Shown in pieces: positions 12,060 through 25,614 of a DNA stretch of 64,000 nt. The notes below the pieces were generated by a model. The model was not told where the DNA came from, did not search any database, and was given only the letters and a program-made list of their open reading frames with translations. Each line of letters begins with the position of its first letter. The stretch's first letter is position 1. The stretch is from Camelus ferus (Eukaryota). The DNA lies in NCBI RefSeq assembly GCF_009834535.1, contig NC_045698.1, positions 4,218,001 to 4,282,000 on the forward strand, read 5' to 3'. The position numbers and the translations under genes were made by a program.

Positions 12060-12470
12060 CTCAGCTGCTCCTCAGCCAGCGCCTCCCTTGCCGAGTGGCG
12101 CCGGGCCCCCTAGCGCCCGGGACGCTCCAGCCCCAGGCTGTCTCCCAGCCGCAGCAAGGGCCACCCTCCCCCCTCCGCACGGAGCAGGAGCCTCAGTCGC
12201 CCTGAGCACCGAAGCCGGCAGCTTGTCACGGCCCGCGACGAGTCACCAGGTGGCCTAACAAAGCGCCACAGGCTGGCATCTTGGACAGCGGACGTGTCCC
12301 GCCTCCTGAGCTGAGTTCTCCCGCTGCTTCCTCTGAGGCCTGGGAGGGAGGCGCTGCTCCAGGCCGCTCCCCCCGCCCGGGTGGCCCGGGGTTCACAGCA
12401 GCCTCCCCCCCGTGGAGCTCTGCCCCGTGCTCAGGTGGACTTCTCCATGTGTGTGCGCGTGTGTGCAAAT
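12060..12470. promoter_or_regulatory. Borderline CpG island with no evident gene
   Basis: Hand count of about 28 CpG in 12061-12420, GC around 70%, observed/expected about 0.6. Includes GC box CCCCGCCC near 12371 and CTCF-like TCACCAGGTGGCC near 12243. Confidence 0.55.
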
Positions 12471-14451
12471 GCCCCCCTTTACAGGACGCCCCCCAAGCTG
12501 GATCAGGGCCACCCTGACGACCTGGTTTTAGCTGGATTACCTCTCTAAAGATCCTGCGTCCAGCGCAGGCTACACTCTGACGCACTGGGGGCCACGGTCC
12601 AGCACACCTTTTCTGGGAAGTGGGGACACAGTTCTACCCACAGCACCTGGTGCAGGGCGAGGCGAGCGAGGGCCCCACGCCCAGGCTGCACAGGCACAGG
12701 TCGCTCCTGTCTGGTGTCCTGGTGACCTCACTAGCCCGGCCCCAACAACAGCCCTGCTGCTGGTTTTAATATGAGCCCTGAGAAGGCAGCCCCACGCTCC
12801 CTCGTTGGCCCAGTACACGAGGAACCTGGCCAGGGACTTCTCAGGGGGACCAAACCCAGGGTGTGCTCAGAGCCTCTCACCCCTGAGGGCCTGCGGCTTC
12901 CTCCTGCCGCCTTAAGCTGCCACGTCTCCCGCCTCCGAGGCGTGCTCTCTCTCAGGAGACAGCACTGTCCGTCGGGCAGTCCCTGGTGACCACCACCTGA
13001 GCAGGTCAGTGGTCACACAGATGTCTCCATGTCCAGGCTGGGGCTGGCATGGTCTCCAGCCAGCCCCCTGCCGTACTGGGAAGACTGAAGGACAAGCGAG
13101 CGCGAGGTCAATTTGGGTACCAAACCCGCGCCACGTTCCTTGGTGTGGCCAGTGGGGGAGGAGTGTTGAGGTAACCAGAGGAGACCAAGCACCCTTCCAA
13201 GCAGCCAAGCAAAGTCTTCCTGGTGGCACCTCACAGTCCACATGACCCAGAGGGGACGGCGAACAGAGGAGAAGCACTATGGGCACGTCGGCGCTGAGTC
13301 TTTTCCTAGAAACCAGCACAGGAGGGGCGCGGAGGGAAATCAGATCGTGCCACCCCAGAGGAGTTCTTTGGCGCCTCCCGTTTAGGGTTCAGTGAGGACC
13401 GTGCCCCTCTGAGCATCAGCACAAACGGTCCTGGTTGTCGCACTGATGCTGTGTTAAGGGGCAGGGGCTCTGGGGCAAAAGAGCCCCGGAAGCCCAGCGC
13501 TGCCCACCCCTCGTGGCATGGTCCTGCTCACGTTCCTTTGCTGCTCTGTCCCTCGGTCTCCTCACCTAGAAAGTCTGGACACCCATAGCTCTGACCTCCC
13601 TGGGTGTTATACGGCTCAAGTGAGGTCTTACGTACAGAGGAGGGAGAACAGGGCTGGGCACATAGAAACACCCAGAGCTCCGAGCTGTGATGACTACTGA
13701 ATACCCTTCTCACACCTCAATAATTTAAAATGAGTCGATTTTTAAATTTTATTTTATTTTTATTATCAAATACTCTACAGCCAAAATTCAAATCCTCTTG
13801 AAAGGAGAATCTATGCGAGCAACCTGCGGTGACCTGGCAGCAGAGCCCTGAGGATGAGCTCCGGGGAGTCACACTGAGCCAAGCCCGGGGCCCACCTGCT
13901 CTGGCGTTGCCCCCCGTGCTGCCCTGGCCCTCCTGAGGGCAGGCTGGGAAATGCAGTGCCTCCTGGCCCCCACAGACTCCTTCCAACCCTCCATGTCCTC
14001 ATTTTCCCTCAATCTTTCCATCTCGTTGTTTCACCTTAATGCAGGTCCATGAATGAAGAACTTCCCATGAGACGGCTGTGAGGGTTTATTACTTGTTCTG
14101 AGTTTTGCATCCATTTTCTTTCACAGAGTTTTAAGAAATATTTGGGGCTTTGTTTTTCTTTTCATCTCCTTCAATTCAATCTGTTACAGAGATCAAGTTA
14201 TAACCCTGGTTCCATTTGTGGTTTTACCGGTCCCCGGGGCAGACTGACGGCTGTCTGTTTGAAGCATGGCGAAGACAGTAGCCCTGTAATCTACCCTGAG
14301 TCAGCTTCCACTTCACTGTCAGCTTCGTGCCCACGGTGTTCGTGGGCAAGCTTCTTCAGGGGGCAGACTCAGAAATGGAAACTGTATTGCATAGAAAAGA
14401 ACTATAGCCAGAAAAAGAAGTGCAAAGAGTGGAACTTGAGGACGCTGACTT

Positions 14452-14645
14452 TTTTTTAAAATTCATTCACTTATTTTAATTGAAGTATAGTTGATGTACA
14501 ATACATTAGTTTCAGGTACATGGCATAGTGATTCAGTATTTTTATAGGTTATATTCCATTTACAGTTATTATGAGATAGCGGCTAAAATTTCCTGTGTTA
14601 TACAATGTGTCCTTGCTACTTTTCCATCTTATACATAGTAATTTT
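14452..14645 (-). mobile_element. L1 3'-end fragment, 5'-truncated
   Basis: ttttaattgaagtatagttgatgtacaat...tttcaggtaca...atagtgattcag...cctgtgttatacaat is a typical L1 3' UTR read antisense. Confidence 0.85.
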
Positions 14646-14876
14646 ACTTTCTGAGAGAGGCTAAGAAGTCCAGATTGGAGAAGGGCAGGCTGGATGGGGG
14701 ACAGCCCTAAGAACCTGGTGTCACAGGTAAAGGAAAGTTGCAGGGTGACAGCAGTCATCCTCGGGGCACAGGGGCGATCAGCACCCCGGACATTCCTAGC
14801 AACAGGAGTGGCTCCCGGGGCCTTGGGAGTCTGCAGGGCAAGGACAGAGCAACCAGGGCAAACACCACCCATGCTT

Positions 14877-15228
14877 TGTATTAGTCTGCTTGGCTGTTGT
14901 AACAAATGCCACCGACTGGGGGGCTTAAACAACTGAAATGTATTTTCCCACAGTTCTGGGCACCAGCATGGTTGATGTCTGGGGAGAGGTCTCTGCCCGG
15001 CTTGCAGATGGCCTCCCCACTGTGTCCTCAGGTGATGTCTTCTGTGTGCCCGCGGGGAAACAGAGGTCTTTCTTCCTCTTCTTACAAGGCCACCCACCCT
15101 ATTGGATTAGGGCCCCATCCTTTATGAACTCATTGAATCTAATTTCTTCCTAAAGGTCTTCTCTCAAAATACAGTCACATGGACACTTTAACTTAGGAAT
15201 TTTGGAGGGACATATTCAGTCCATAACA
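14877..15228 (-). mobile_element. MLT1A/B-like MaLR solo LTR with perfect 5-bp TSD TGCTT
   Basis: Runs tgtattagtctgcttggctg...ggcttaaacaac...attcagtccataaca, with tgctt at 14872-14876 and 15229-15233. Confidence 0.9.
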
Positions 15229-17129
15229 TGCTTTAAAAAGAAGAGAGATTAAAGGAGGAGAAAATGAGTGCATTTTATATGAAACTAATAAGCCCAGAGA
15301 TATGGGAAATAAGTGGTTAAATATTCATTGAAATGTTTCTGTTTCAATTTTTTATTTTCGAAGAAACTTGTAAACATAAATTACACATAAATACCTTTTT
15401 CTAAAAATCTTGTGCAACTCCTTTTCTGGACATTTGACAGAGAAGATAACTTTCTGTAGGCTATGTGTGCATAGCTTTGGCTGGAACTCTGAGCGCTGAA
15501 GAATATTAAGCATTTTAGATATTATTACAGAAATGAACACACTGTGTCTGTTTCACCCATGCTTTCAGCTAGGTGTGCGCAGCCTGGGGTTTCCATGCAT
15601 CTTCTCTTGTTGTTCAGCTCAGCAGGCTGGCCAAAGCAAGAGGAACCCTCACTGGTTCTCCCAAAACAGATAAGAAATCTCTTATGCCATATGTCTGAAG
15701 CCAAGACTTAGGTGTGCGCACCCCAGGCCAAGCAGGTGACCCAAATCAGTTCATCCAGAAAACGCAGGAGAACCAACAGCTTCCAAGAGGATGTGGTGAT
15801 CAGAGAGAACATTGTACCACTTATCCCCACAATATTGTTTTCCATTTATTAAAAGCCCATTTGTCTATGTCTGGACATTGGCTAGGTAACTGACAGATAT
15901 ATTCATCCAGTTTATAAAGGTCTCTTCTAACATCTGGCTTCTGTGTGGAAGCGGTTGCCCTCCCTTTCTCCTTCCCCAGCCTGCCTTTGCTCCTGTTTGC
16001 TTTATTGCGTTTTGCATTTGGAATTGTCCCCTGGAACTGTCATGTCATGAACATTTGTTGTGTGTTCCTTCCAGCACTTCTTCAGGAAGAATGATCCCAA
16101 AAGGTTCCTCATAAAATTTGGCCCCAGGAATCTTCCAACCTGAGCAAACATTCCGGATCTAGAACCAACTATCCTTTTTACCACAAAAAAAACATGGTAC
16201 AGCATCACTTCTTAGCATCCTTGAGAAAGAAGGATGGAATTTATTTCGTGTATGAATTGCCTTTTTAAAAAAAAATAATTCCAACCCACTAACAGTGAGT
16301 TGAATAATGACTCCAAACAGAACAAAGGTGTTCACTTTTGAAATTATTTCCTGTACTTGCCTTTCTGGGGGATAAATTTCAAACTATTTCTAAATAATCT
16401 TTTCCAACTCAGACATAATTCCTTAGATTAAGGCAATTAATGAAAGTTAAATATTTTGAATAAATAATAACTGGCTTATGGTTTTGAAAAACAAAAAGGA
16501 GAAAAAAATTGTGACTGCCAAATTTTGGTCCACACTTGGCCTGCAGCCAGCACTCATTCATTATCCTTTATTTAGTCATTGGATCTTTTGCTCTAAGCCA
16601 CATACAGATGCATATTTCTAAATTAGATGCTACCAAAATATTCATTTTGCTCTTAGAGAGTTATTTTTTAGTGAAATGAATGGACCCTCAATTATGTTAC
16701 AAGAGCACGAAGGGCCATTAGGTTAGTGTTAACATCAGTTCTCAGTGACTGGATCTCAGGTTATTGTTTTGTATCAGTAACCTAGCCAGTGGCTGCTCAC
16801 ATCCAGCCTCCTCTTATGCTGCGTTGTTTCTTTCCAGGTGATTTCCTGAGGATGCTTTTCTGTACCATTCCCTCAGTGTCCTCCAGGGCATGGCTCCGGC
16901 CCCAGCAGCCTCTTCTGGAACACTGCTCGCTCATTTCCAAAAGCACCAGTCCCTGAGACGTAAGGCTGGCAACATGTGCAGTTGGAGTCTGATCTCAGAG
17001 CATCTCCAAGGTCCTGGTGACATCTCCATCCCAACACCCTCGTTGTGATAAGGACATCCCCGTGAACCCCATACCCCAGCTCACCGTGAGCCTTCCATGG
17101 CCCCACCCTGTAGGTGCCGCACTAAGACT

Positions 17130-17275
17130 CTCATCGCGTAGAATCGATGTGTTTCATCCCTGGACCACGGGCAGGAGCGGTGCTTGTCTCCCTCCTGTCC
17201 TCACTGCCTGCCCTGGGGCCGCAGGAACATACATGAACCAACGCGTATTGATGAACGGACGGATTAATGAGTGGA
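17130..17275 (+). mobile_element. L2 3'-end fragment
   Basis: Degenerate L2 tail ending in ...tattgatgaacggacggattaatgag. Confidence 0.5.
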
Positions 17276-17449
17276 CACAAGTGTGGTGTCAGGAAAACAA
17301 TGGGATTTCCCACCATCCCTTCTCTCAGCCTTTGGAACGGCTCTCCGTAGACTCTTACAAGCCCAAATAATCACACTCTCCTAAATTATAATCAGAGATT
17401 CTGTCTAATGTTGGGGACAAGTGCACAGGAGTTGGGGAAATTCAGTTAG

Positions 17450-17820
17450 TCATGCCCATTCTGCATCTTTCTGGCCCACAGACCCCTCCTGCTCCCAGCT
17501 GTGCCCAGCTCTGTGCCCTGGGGGTGAAGTCTGGCTGCATCAAGGCTGCCTCGATTTCTGGCTTGAGATCAGGTCCAGCCACGGAGTCATTGACAAATCC
17601 AGGAAGAGGGAAGGGCTGAGGCAGTTCCTCTCCGCTCTCTCCCTGCTTCGGCCTCATGGCTTGGTCCCTTCCATGGCTCCAGCCATCAAGGACATGGAGC
17701 CATGGCCGAGGACCTCTCCCTCCCCCCCAGGACCTCCATGCACCTGCCGGGTGTCTTAGCTTGGCTGCACCTCTGCAGTCTTTTCCTAAGGGCTCCTGCT
17801 GCACACAGATCCCTGTCTCT
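17450..17820. mobile_element. LTR33-like old ERVL LTR fragment
   Basis: ctctgtgccctggggg...gctgcatcaaggctgcctcgatttctggctt...gtccagccacggag...ggaagagggaagggctgaggcagttcctc resembles LTR33. Confidence 0.5.
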
Positions 17821-19816
17821 GACCTTGCATCCAAACAAGCTCAAGATTTAAATATACAAATCTAGACCACATGAGCACTAACATGGAATGTAAGTATTTG
17901 GATCTTAGGCATCCAGAAGGCTCTCTGGCACTGGGAGAGGTGTGTCTAAGAAAATTTAACTTCTACACTCTAAAAATACAACCTATGACAAAATTTTTTA
18001 CTCCACATCTCGGTCCCACTCCTTCCTACTCTTGATCCCTAACAGAGCCAGTTTTGTTCAGGAGTGCATTTAGCCAGGCATTTCTGGGGACACAGCTCAC
18101 CCCAGCCCCCAGTTTGGGCACTGGGGGGTCTACACCCTCTACCCTGATCTGTGGCCCTGGACAGTGCTTTGTTTTGAGATGGTCATGCACCTGGCCAGTG
18201 AGAACTGCTGGGAAGTGGTCCCTCTCCTCACTCTCAAAGTTAGGTTCCTCTTTCTCCTCCTGCTTAAAATGATAGCTGTTCATTCATTTACCACTTATCC
18301 ATTTACTGATTCCATTGGGACTCCCCTGCGTACCATTAGTGAAGGCTTCAGGGTCTACAACAAAGACAGTATTTATTGACAGCTGTTTGAGAGCAGACTT
18401 GAGTCAAGACAAGGTCCCTTCTCCACCAGTGGAGATCAATCCTTTAAAAGGAAGGCAGTCTGAGACATCAGTGAAACCTCCAGCATCTCTCTTGACTGTG
18501 CTCATCTGGGTCGGGGCTGCTCAAAATTATTTAACAAGATCAAAATATAAAGAAAGGAGAAAAAGAAAACCGAGAGAAGCCCCGCGGCCAGGCACTCAGT
18601 GATGTCTGTTTAATGCGATAAGAAAAAAGGAACAGCAGACAGACGTTTTCTATTATTTATCAGCATCCCCGAGGCAGCCAAATCAAAGCTCCAGCTTCCT
18701 TTAAAACAGAGCAGATGTGTTAGCAGCAAACTTTCTGACCCACAGAAGCGGATGCGGCCACTTGACTGCTAAACAAGTTTTCACTTGTGATCAGCACGGA
18801 GGCCTTGGGAATACCATGTTTTTTCACATTGGTGAAAAGATACAATTCCTCATAGGTCAGATCACCCCCAGCTTTCAAGCAGTAGAAACAAACAAAGGAA
18901 AACAAAACAAAAATCGGAGTGCCCTGCTGTGGTCAGACAAGGGAAGCCATGTTCACCTACCGGCCCATGAAGGGAATGAGACCAGCCAGCCTTACACCTC
19001 GGCAGGCAGGAAACTCAGGCTACTGGATTCTCCTTCTGAGATCAGAATTCCAGGGCCACGTTTATACACTCATCGCCCTGCCCTCCCTAGGTTCCCCTCT
19101 GAGGGCAAGGCCCCTCACCACGCCCTCCATCACTGCCTCCTGTTCCTCTGGACACTGTTCCCATGGTCACCGAGAGTCCTGGATTTATCCAAACTCCTGT
19201 TCTCAACCTTGGCAACTTGATTGTCTGTGACATCGCACATGGACGCATTGTTAAGAAGAGTATCTATTTAGCAGACATTTTTTTTAAATCTATAAAAAAT
19301 AGAATAGATGCATTCTCATATGTGTGTGTGTTCTCTTAAACATAATAATTATTAGTCATTTATCTTTGTGTTACTAACAGGCCTAGATAGTCTAAGTACG
19401 TATTTTAGGTCATTTTGTTTTATCAAAAAGTTGATGGTGCTGGCATTCAGCTAACATCTACTGCTTCGCTTGTCTCTTCCTGGGAACAGTGTCCTCCTTC
19501 TTTTTGCCATCGGACCCCACCCCTATGTAGTTCTGCTGAAGACGGTGGATCAGAGAGAGGCAGAACACAGCATACCAGTTAAGTGTGGGCTCAGAGGCAG
19601 ACCTCATGAGGTTGGCGCTGTTACTCTCATGAAACAGGTGAGGAAGTGAGACCTAGAGAGGCTCTGAAACCCTCCCAAGGTCAGTGTTCTATTGTTTTTG
19701 TCAAAAGCTAGCACAGACCTGCTTCTTCCCGCTTTCAGCTACCAAGGTCTATTCAAATCCTTCCTCTCCATGTTCAACCAGAGAGGAAAAAAGAAAGCCT
19801 TATTTTTTTGTACTGC

Positions 19817-20250
19817 TGAATTATCTTCCTAGGACTGCCTTCATAAATCATCACAAAACTGGTGGCTTTAAACAGCAGATCTTTATTCGCTCACAGTCTG
19901 GAGGCCAGAAGTCAGAATCCCTGTGGAGTCTCTGGGGAAACCTATTTCATGCCTCTTCCAGCTTCTGGTGGCTCCAGAAATCCTTGACACACCCTAGAGT
20001 TGCAAATATATCACTCCAGTCTTTTCCTCCACCTTCCCATTTCTTCTCCTTTCCCTCTCTGTGTGTCCTCTCCTGTTACCACTGGACACCAGTCGTTGGA
20101 TTTAGGGCCCATCCTGAATTCAGGGTGATCTCCTCTCAAGGTCCTAAACTTATTTGCATCTGCAAAGACCTAATTTCCAGTAAGGTCACGTTCTGAGTTT
20201 CCAGGTGGACATAATTCTGGAGGTGGGGGGACATTATTCAACTCACTACA
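19817..20250 (-). mobile_element. MLT1C/D-like MaLR solo LTR
   Basis: cacaaaactggtggctttaaacagcag...ctcacagtctggaggccagaagtc...ggggacattattcaactcactaca. Flanks actgc and aatgc match 4/5, consistent with a TSD. Confidence 0.85.
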
Positions 20251-20556
20251 AATGCTTACAATTGAGAGAGCTCTCATTCACCCTGTTAGCCCATCACACA
20301 GAACTCAGTTGCAGGAAGAGGCCACTTCCTTTCGCTCACACCACTTCTTTGGGGGCCCTTCTTCAGACCAGTCTGCTGGAGGGACCACCAGGCCTCCTTC
20401 AGCTTTGTAGACCTGTGCAGGCCCCTCTGATTGAGTCGACTCCTGTATGTCTTTGTTCGTCTCATTGTCATGTATAGAATTCCTTCTTGGGTTCAGAATC
20501 AAAATATAGGTGCTGAAAACAGTGGAGAATGAAAAGAATACTGAGGCGGGGGAGTC

Positions 20557-20635
20557 TGTCAATCAATCTATCTAGCTACCTACCTACCTATCTATCCATC
20601 CATCCATCTGTCTACACACACACACACACACACAT
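20557..20635. repeat. Compound tetranucleotide (TCTA/CCTA/CCAT) plus (CA)n microsatellite
   Basis: Seen directly in the sequence. Confidence 0.9.
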
Positions 20636-21559
20636 TCATATCTATCGACACATCTAAGCTACCTATTACATATCTTTCTGCTCAAGAAATGGATGCACTA
20701 TTTTGTAAGAAAAACATACAAGCTCATGCAGGTAGGGATTTTTGTTTGCAACAGTGCCTGGAACACAAGAGTTGCTTAGTAAATATTGATGAATGAATAA
20801 GCTTGATATCTCAGGTTTGTAAATTTTATAAACCTTTCTTTTTTATCTACTCTCTGTGAACCACAAAAAAAGATAAGGACTATTAAAGTTCAAATGAAAA
20901 ATGTCCTAGATATGGATAAAAATCATAATTGTGTGTCAAAGTGAATGATCTATATTATTTTAAATAATTTAAATATCTATAGGTAAAACATAAAGATTGG
21001 AGTGGTTGTTTGTTTAAGAAATTATTTTAAAAGAAATAAATACATCCAAAATATTATTTATTTGGACGAATTCCTTTGAAAGTAGATTGGCTTCAGATGA
21101 CATTATTTAATTTCACAGGAATGAGACTGAAGAGGTGCAAATAAATCTATTCTGTTTATTTCATTTTTGATATTCATTTGAGAATGAAATAAGGCTCTTA
21201 TTAACAAAAAACAATCTAAGTCCACAAGCCAGAGGTAGAGCTCGATAACACGATTTTTAAAAAGCTACTAACTAGTAGCAGACCTGACAAATATGTGGAG
21301 ATTGCATGATCATCATCTCCAGTCTTTCAAAGAGGATTCCCACTCTTGGATGAACCATCACCTCTATCTATCGTGAGCTTTATGGATTTTGTGACACTCC
21401 AGTCTCTCCCTAACAGAGCAGACAGCATCATCCAGTGAGGAGATGAGGCCACCAGACAAACTGTAGCCCAGCATCTCCTTCTCTTAAGGACCCCTTCTCT
21501 CATCCACACTTTGTTCCGGAACCTGGGCTTTGCTCAATCCAAAAGGGACAGCTCTGCTG

Positions 21560-22610
21560 TCACCTGACTGTCGGGAAGAGACCTGCCTGGTCTCTGAGGG
21601 CCCCGCAGCGAGCCCGCTCTCCCCGCACTCTTCTCAGGGCTCCTCGCGCATTCCCAGCAGGTCTGTGCCCCGAGGCTCTTCTCCCCTGAGCTGAAATGCT
21701 TTCTCCCACCAGTCTGGGTCCTTGTCTTCTGCTGTTTCCTAGACACCCCCCCTGCCCTTATGTGTAGATGTGTCTACCTGTCTCCCCAACTCAAATCTAA
21801 ATTCCCATCTCCAGAGCCTGGAGCAGGGCTTGGCACGTGGGAGCAGCACAGCAGACACCTGTTGTGGGGCAGGTCGGTGTGGACAGGAGGGAGGGGTCTG
21901 GGTGCGGTGACCAGGTGGGCGAGGGTTGTGGCAGGGCCGGCTTGTTTCAGGTCTTGAAGACAGTGATAATGAGTTTGGATTTTACACTGGAGGTGACGAG
22001 AAGGCACTGGAGACCCTGAGCAGGGGAATAACTAGGATGGTTATATTCAAAAAGATCGCTCTGGCTGCTGTAAAAAGGCACCACGGGGAGTACAGGTGGA
22101 AGCAGGCGGAGAAGCTGGGAGGGAGCCACGGCGAGCAGCTGAAAGACGCCGGGGAGTCGTGTGGGAGTAGACGTGGGTGGGAGGGGCAAGACAGGTTCAG
22201 ACCCATGGATATTTCAATTCCATGGCCGGAAACCCTTGCTGATGGATTGAAGGTGGAGCGTGAGGGAGAAGAACCAGAAAGAACACCACGGTCTTGGGCT
22301 TGAGCTCTTGGCCACCCATGGAAGTGCCATCCACTGGGCAGGGAAGATGGAGGGAAGGACTGGCTTCAGGTGGGAGGTGAGAGGAGACTTTCCAACCATG
22401 TTCCATCAAAACGCATCTCAGACATGCAAACGGAGATGGCCAGTAGTCACATTCAGGGGAGAATGGGACTGGGGAATAATCTGGGGAGTCACCCGCTCAT
22501 GATGGCGTTAAAGCAAAGGCGTGGGTAAGAACACATAAGGATGAGAACAGATGGAGAAAACCAAGGAGTGAGCCGTGTGGCTGAAAAGGAGGAGCAGAGA
22601 CTGAAAGAAA
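21560..22610. mobile_element. L2 fragments in both orientations
   Basis: L2-like motifs such as gagtttggattttac, aagatcgctctggctgctgt, ccttgctgatggattgaaggtgg and gtgccatccactgggcaggg. Confidence 0.65.
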
Positions 22611-22634
22611 GCACGGGGTGGGGTGCCCGACCCT

Positions 22635-22975
22635 CATCGTGCTAAGCAAATATCGTGTAAAATCATGTACATGAGGAATCTAAAAAATACAACACACTAG
22701 TGAGTATAACAAAAAGGAAACAGACTCACGGATACAAGAGAACAAACTAGTGGTTACCAGTGGGGAGAGGAAGAGGAGGATGCAGGGAAAGGCAAGACAG
22801 GGCAGTGTGTTAGGAGACACGGACCACTCTGTGTAAAATAACTAAGCTTCAAGGATGCCTTGCACAGCACAAGGAAACCAGTATTTTGCCGTAACTGTAA
22901 GTGGAATATAGCCTTTCATTTAAAACTGAGAGTCACTGCGTTGTACACCTGTAACTTACGTAATCTTGTGCAATT
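22635..22975 (+). mobile_element. L1 3' UTR fragment
   Basis: gaatctaaaaaatacaac...acagactcacggatacaagagaacaaactagtggttaccagtggggagagg...cactgcgttgtacacctgtaact. Confidence 0.85.
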
Positions 22976-25614
22976 TTTAATTTTTTTTTTTAAAAAATCC
23001 TCATAAGTGAAAATTAAGGCTTTTGCTGTAGTGGGAAGTGAAGACAGACAGAGGAAAACGGCACACAGACTCTTGAGAGGTTTTATTTTACCTTTTGTTT
23101 TACTTTAAGATGAGATAGAGCACAGTATGTCTTTCTTGGGAATGAACGAGAGCAGGAGGAGGATTGATGCAGAGAGAGGACACTTACAAGCACCTAACTT
23201 CAGCAGGTAGCAGCCCAACAAGCAGACTCGCGATGAAGGTGAGACAGGTGCTTAAGCCCACAGGCTGATGGGCACAAGGACACGGGCACCTGCTGGAAGG
23301 ATGAATGGGTGAGAAGGAACGCGCAGGCGGCAGAGGAGAAGAACGAGCGAGCAGCACCATGAAACGTGCTGCACGGAAACGTCTACGGTTTTTCTCAGGA
23401 ACAACTGAGTGTTTGTCAGAAAGCATCCATCCTACACGCACAGTTGTTCTCAAGGTGCAAAGCCAAGCGCCTGCTTCGCTGGACAAGCACCTCACATGAT
23501 GACCCGTGATCATGCATCCACTGGTTTCCAGCGCAGGACTCGGGCAGCAGGAAGAGGCCGGGGGTGAGCCCGCTCGGGTGGGCAGCTCTAACGTCCCTTC
23601 TCTGTTAGGGCATCCAGGAGAGCTCCTGATTGGGGTGCAGAACGACTGACACCTGTACAAACTACGTGTTTATCTGTTGTTTTCAGTTTTTATGTTTCAG
23701 GAAGATACTGTCCCACAGCAGAGCAATGTAATTACGATCTCTCTTGTAATGAGTTTCTTTTTATCTTTATTTCTCCAGGAACGTGTGTGCTCCTGCTTCT
23801 GCCGAGGTAAGATGCTCCATGAGAAACCCTGGGTGTGAAAATGGCTCGTCCCCTCGCAAGCTCGGGCCCCCACATGAGTCATTCCTTTCTCTTGACTCGG
23901 TTTCTCTACACAAAGTGCAATAGCACCTGCTTCCTAAAGTTGTCATTTAGATTAAGTGAGACGACGCGTAAGAAAACACCTGATGGGGTGTAAAACACAC
24001 CTCGGAGTTTCTTAAAAGAACTGTCAGTGCCTGAACGGGCCGGCACAGCGTGCGCTGCTCTTACCAGCCACTCCGGAATTGTTTCCAAAGTCACCTGCGC
24101 TGCAGTTAAGTTTTGAAAGCGGTCCTTTTTCTCGTGCATGTCTTATAACCTCACGACGTTTAGACTCTCATGACCATCACACCTTCCCTATCGTCCACCT
24201 CATGTTTCAGTATTGTGCTTCTGGATGACATGTGCGCTCCCCAAGAAATTAGCCAGAAAGTTGAATTTCCTTGTTTTAGGTTTTTCAATTAAACAACTTG
24301 CTTGGTATCAGGCTTTAGGTCTTAAAATCCTTAAAAAAAAAAAAAAAAGTGCCAAGAAGGAATGTAAATTTTAGACAGTGCTATTTGTTTTGTTTTGGTG
24401 ACACTGACCTGTTCACCCTTGAAGGAGCTCTGAACCCATGGAAGAGCTCACTGTCCACCACGGGCAGGATGTGGGACCAGAAGTCTGCTCCTGTGCCTGG
24501 AACCTGGGAAAGGGGTGTGGGAAACAGCACGGGAAACCCCAGTCATGGAACTGGACTCCCCGTTCTTCCATTTGCTCGGTTCTGTCCTGTTCCAACATGA
24601 AACAGACGGCACATCGGAAATTGGGGCACTTGAGCAGGACTTCGTTACCCAGAGATTATTTACAAAGGTTGGGTAGAGGAGAACCACAAGCCGGGGCTCC
24701 GTCAACCAGGGCTTGTAGCAGAAGAGCTGTTGCCAAGCAGAGGCCTGAAGAGAGGAGGGAGGGAGCAGGGACCAGGCTGCAGGGGGGGCGTGCTGCAGAC
24801 TGGTCACCTCGAGAGAAGCCAGCCGAAAGGGATTTCCCAGAGGGGACTCCGGGAGGACATTTTCCTCTCCCGTCAAGTCTCCCTACTGGGCCAACTCCCG
24901 CGGAAGCCAAGGGCAGAGAGGGGAGGCAGAGGAGCAGACAGAAGAGACCCAGCCCCCCCCCCCCCCGGGAGAAATGAACCCTTCAGAGCCTGCTCCTCAG
25001 CTGCGGAGTACGAATGCTGGCGGTGCCTCCTTCACGGGGCTAAAATCAAGTTATATGTATAAAACCCTTTAGACACAGACCTTAGCACAAAAATAAAAAT
25101 CATTAAATATGTGCTGTTGGTGCTGTCACCATCCTCCTCCTCAAAGAAGGAAAACAATGCCACTGACGCAAAGTTGAAGGACGAGACGTGAAAAGCCGGG
25201 CGATGGGGCAGGGAACCAGAGAGTGAGCGTGCGAGCTGCTTCCTGACCACGCCGCCCCTTCTCTGCGTCTTCTGCCTCTAGACTTCTTAAAGGAAGCAAC
25301 AGCACGATGAATCCTCAAGGAACTAAAGCAAAGAAGTGGGGACGTGGAGGTAAAAGCTGGCAGGCTGAGGGAGTGGTACGTTAAAAACCCAGAGTAGGAG
25401 AACCCACAGGGGTTTCTGGCTGCAAGCACTTCCAGATGGTTGCAAAGGTGACAGAGGCTGATGGAAGGTGAGTCTAGCAAGAAAGACAGGGGTGAGGCTG
25501 GGAGATGCCCTGGATGGAGCGCATAGGCTTGGTGTTTTGTCATGCAGGTAATGAAAATCCATGGCATTGTTTTAAGCAGGACTGTGACTTGAGGGCCCTT
25601 ATCTTTAACAAAAA

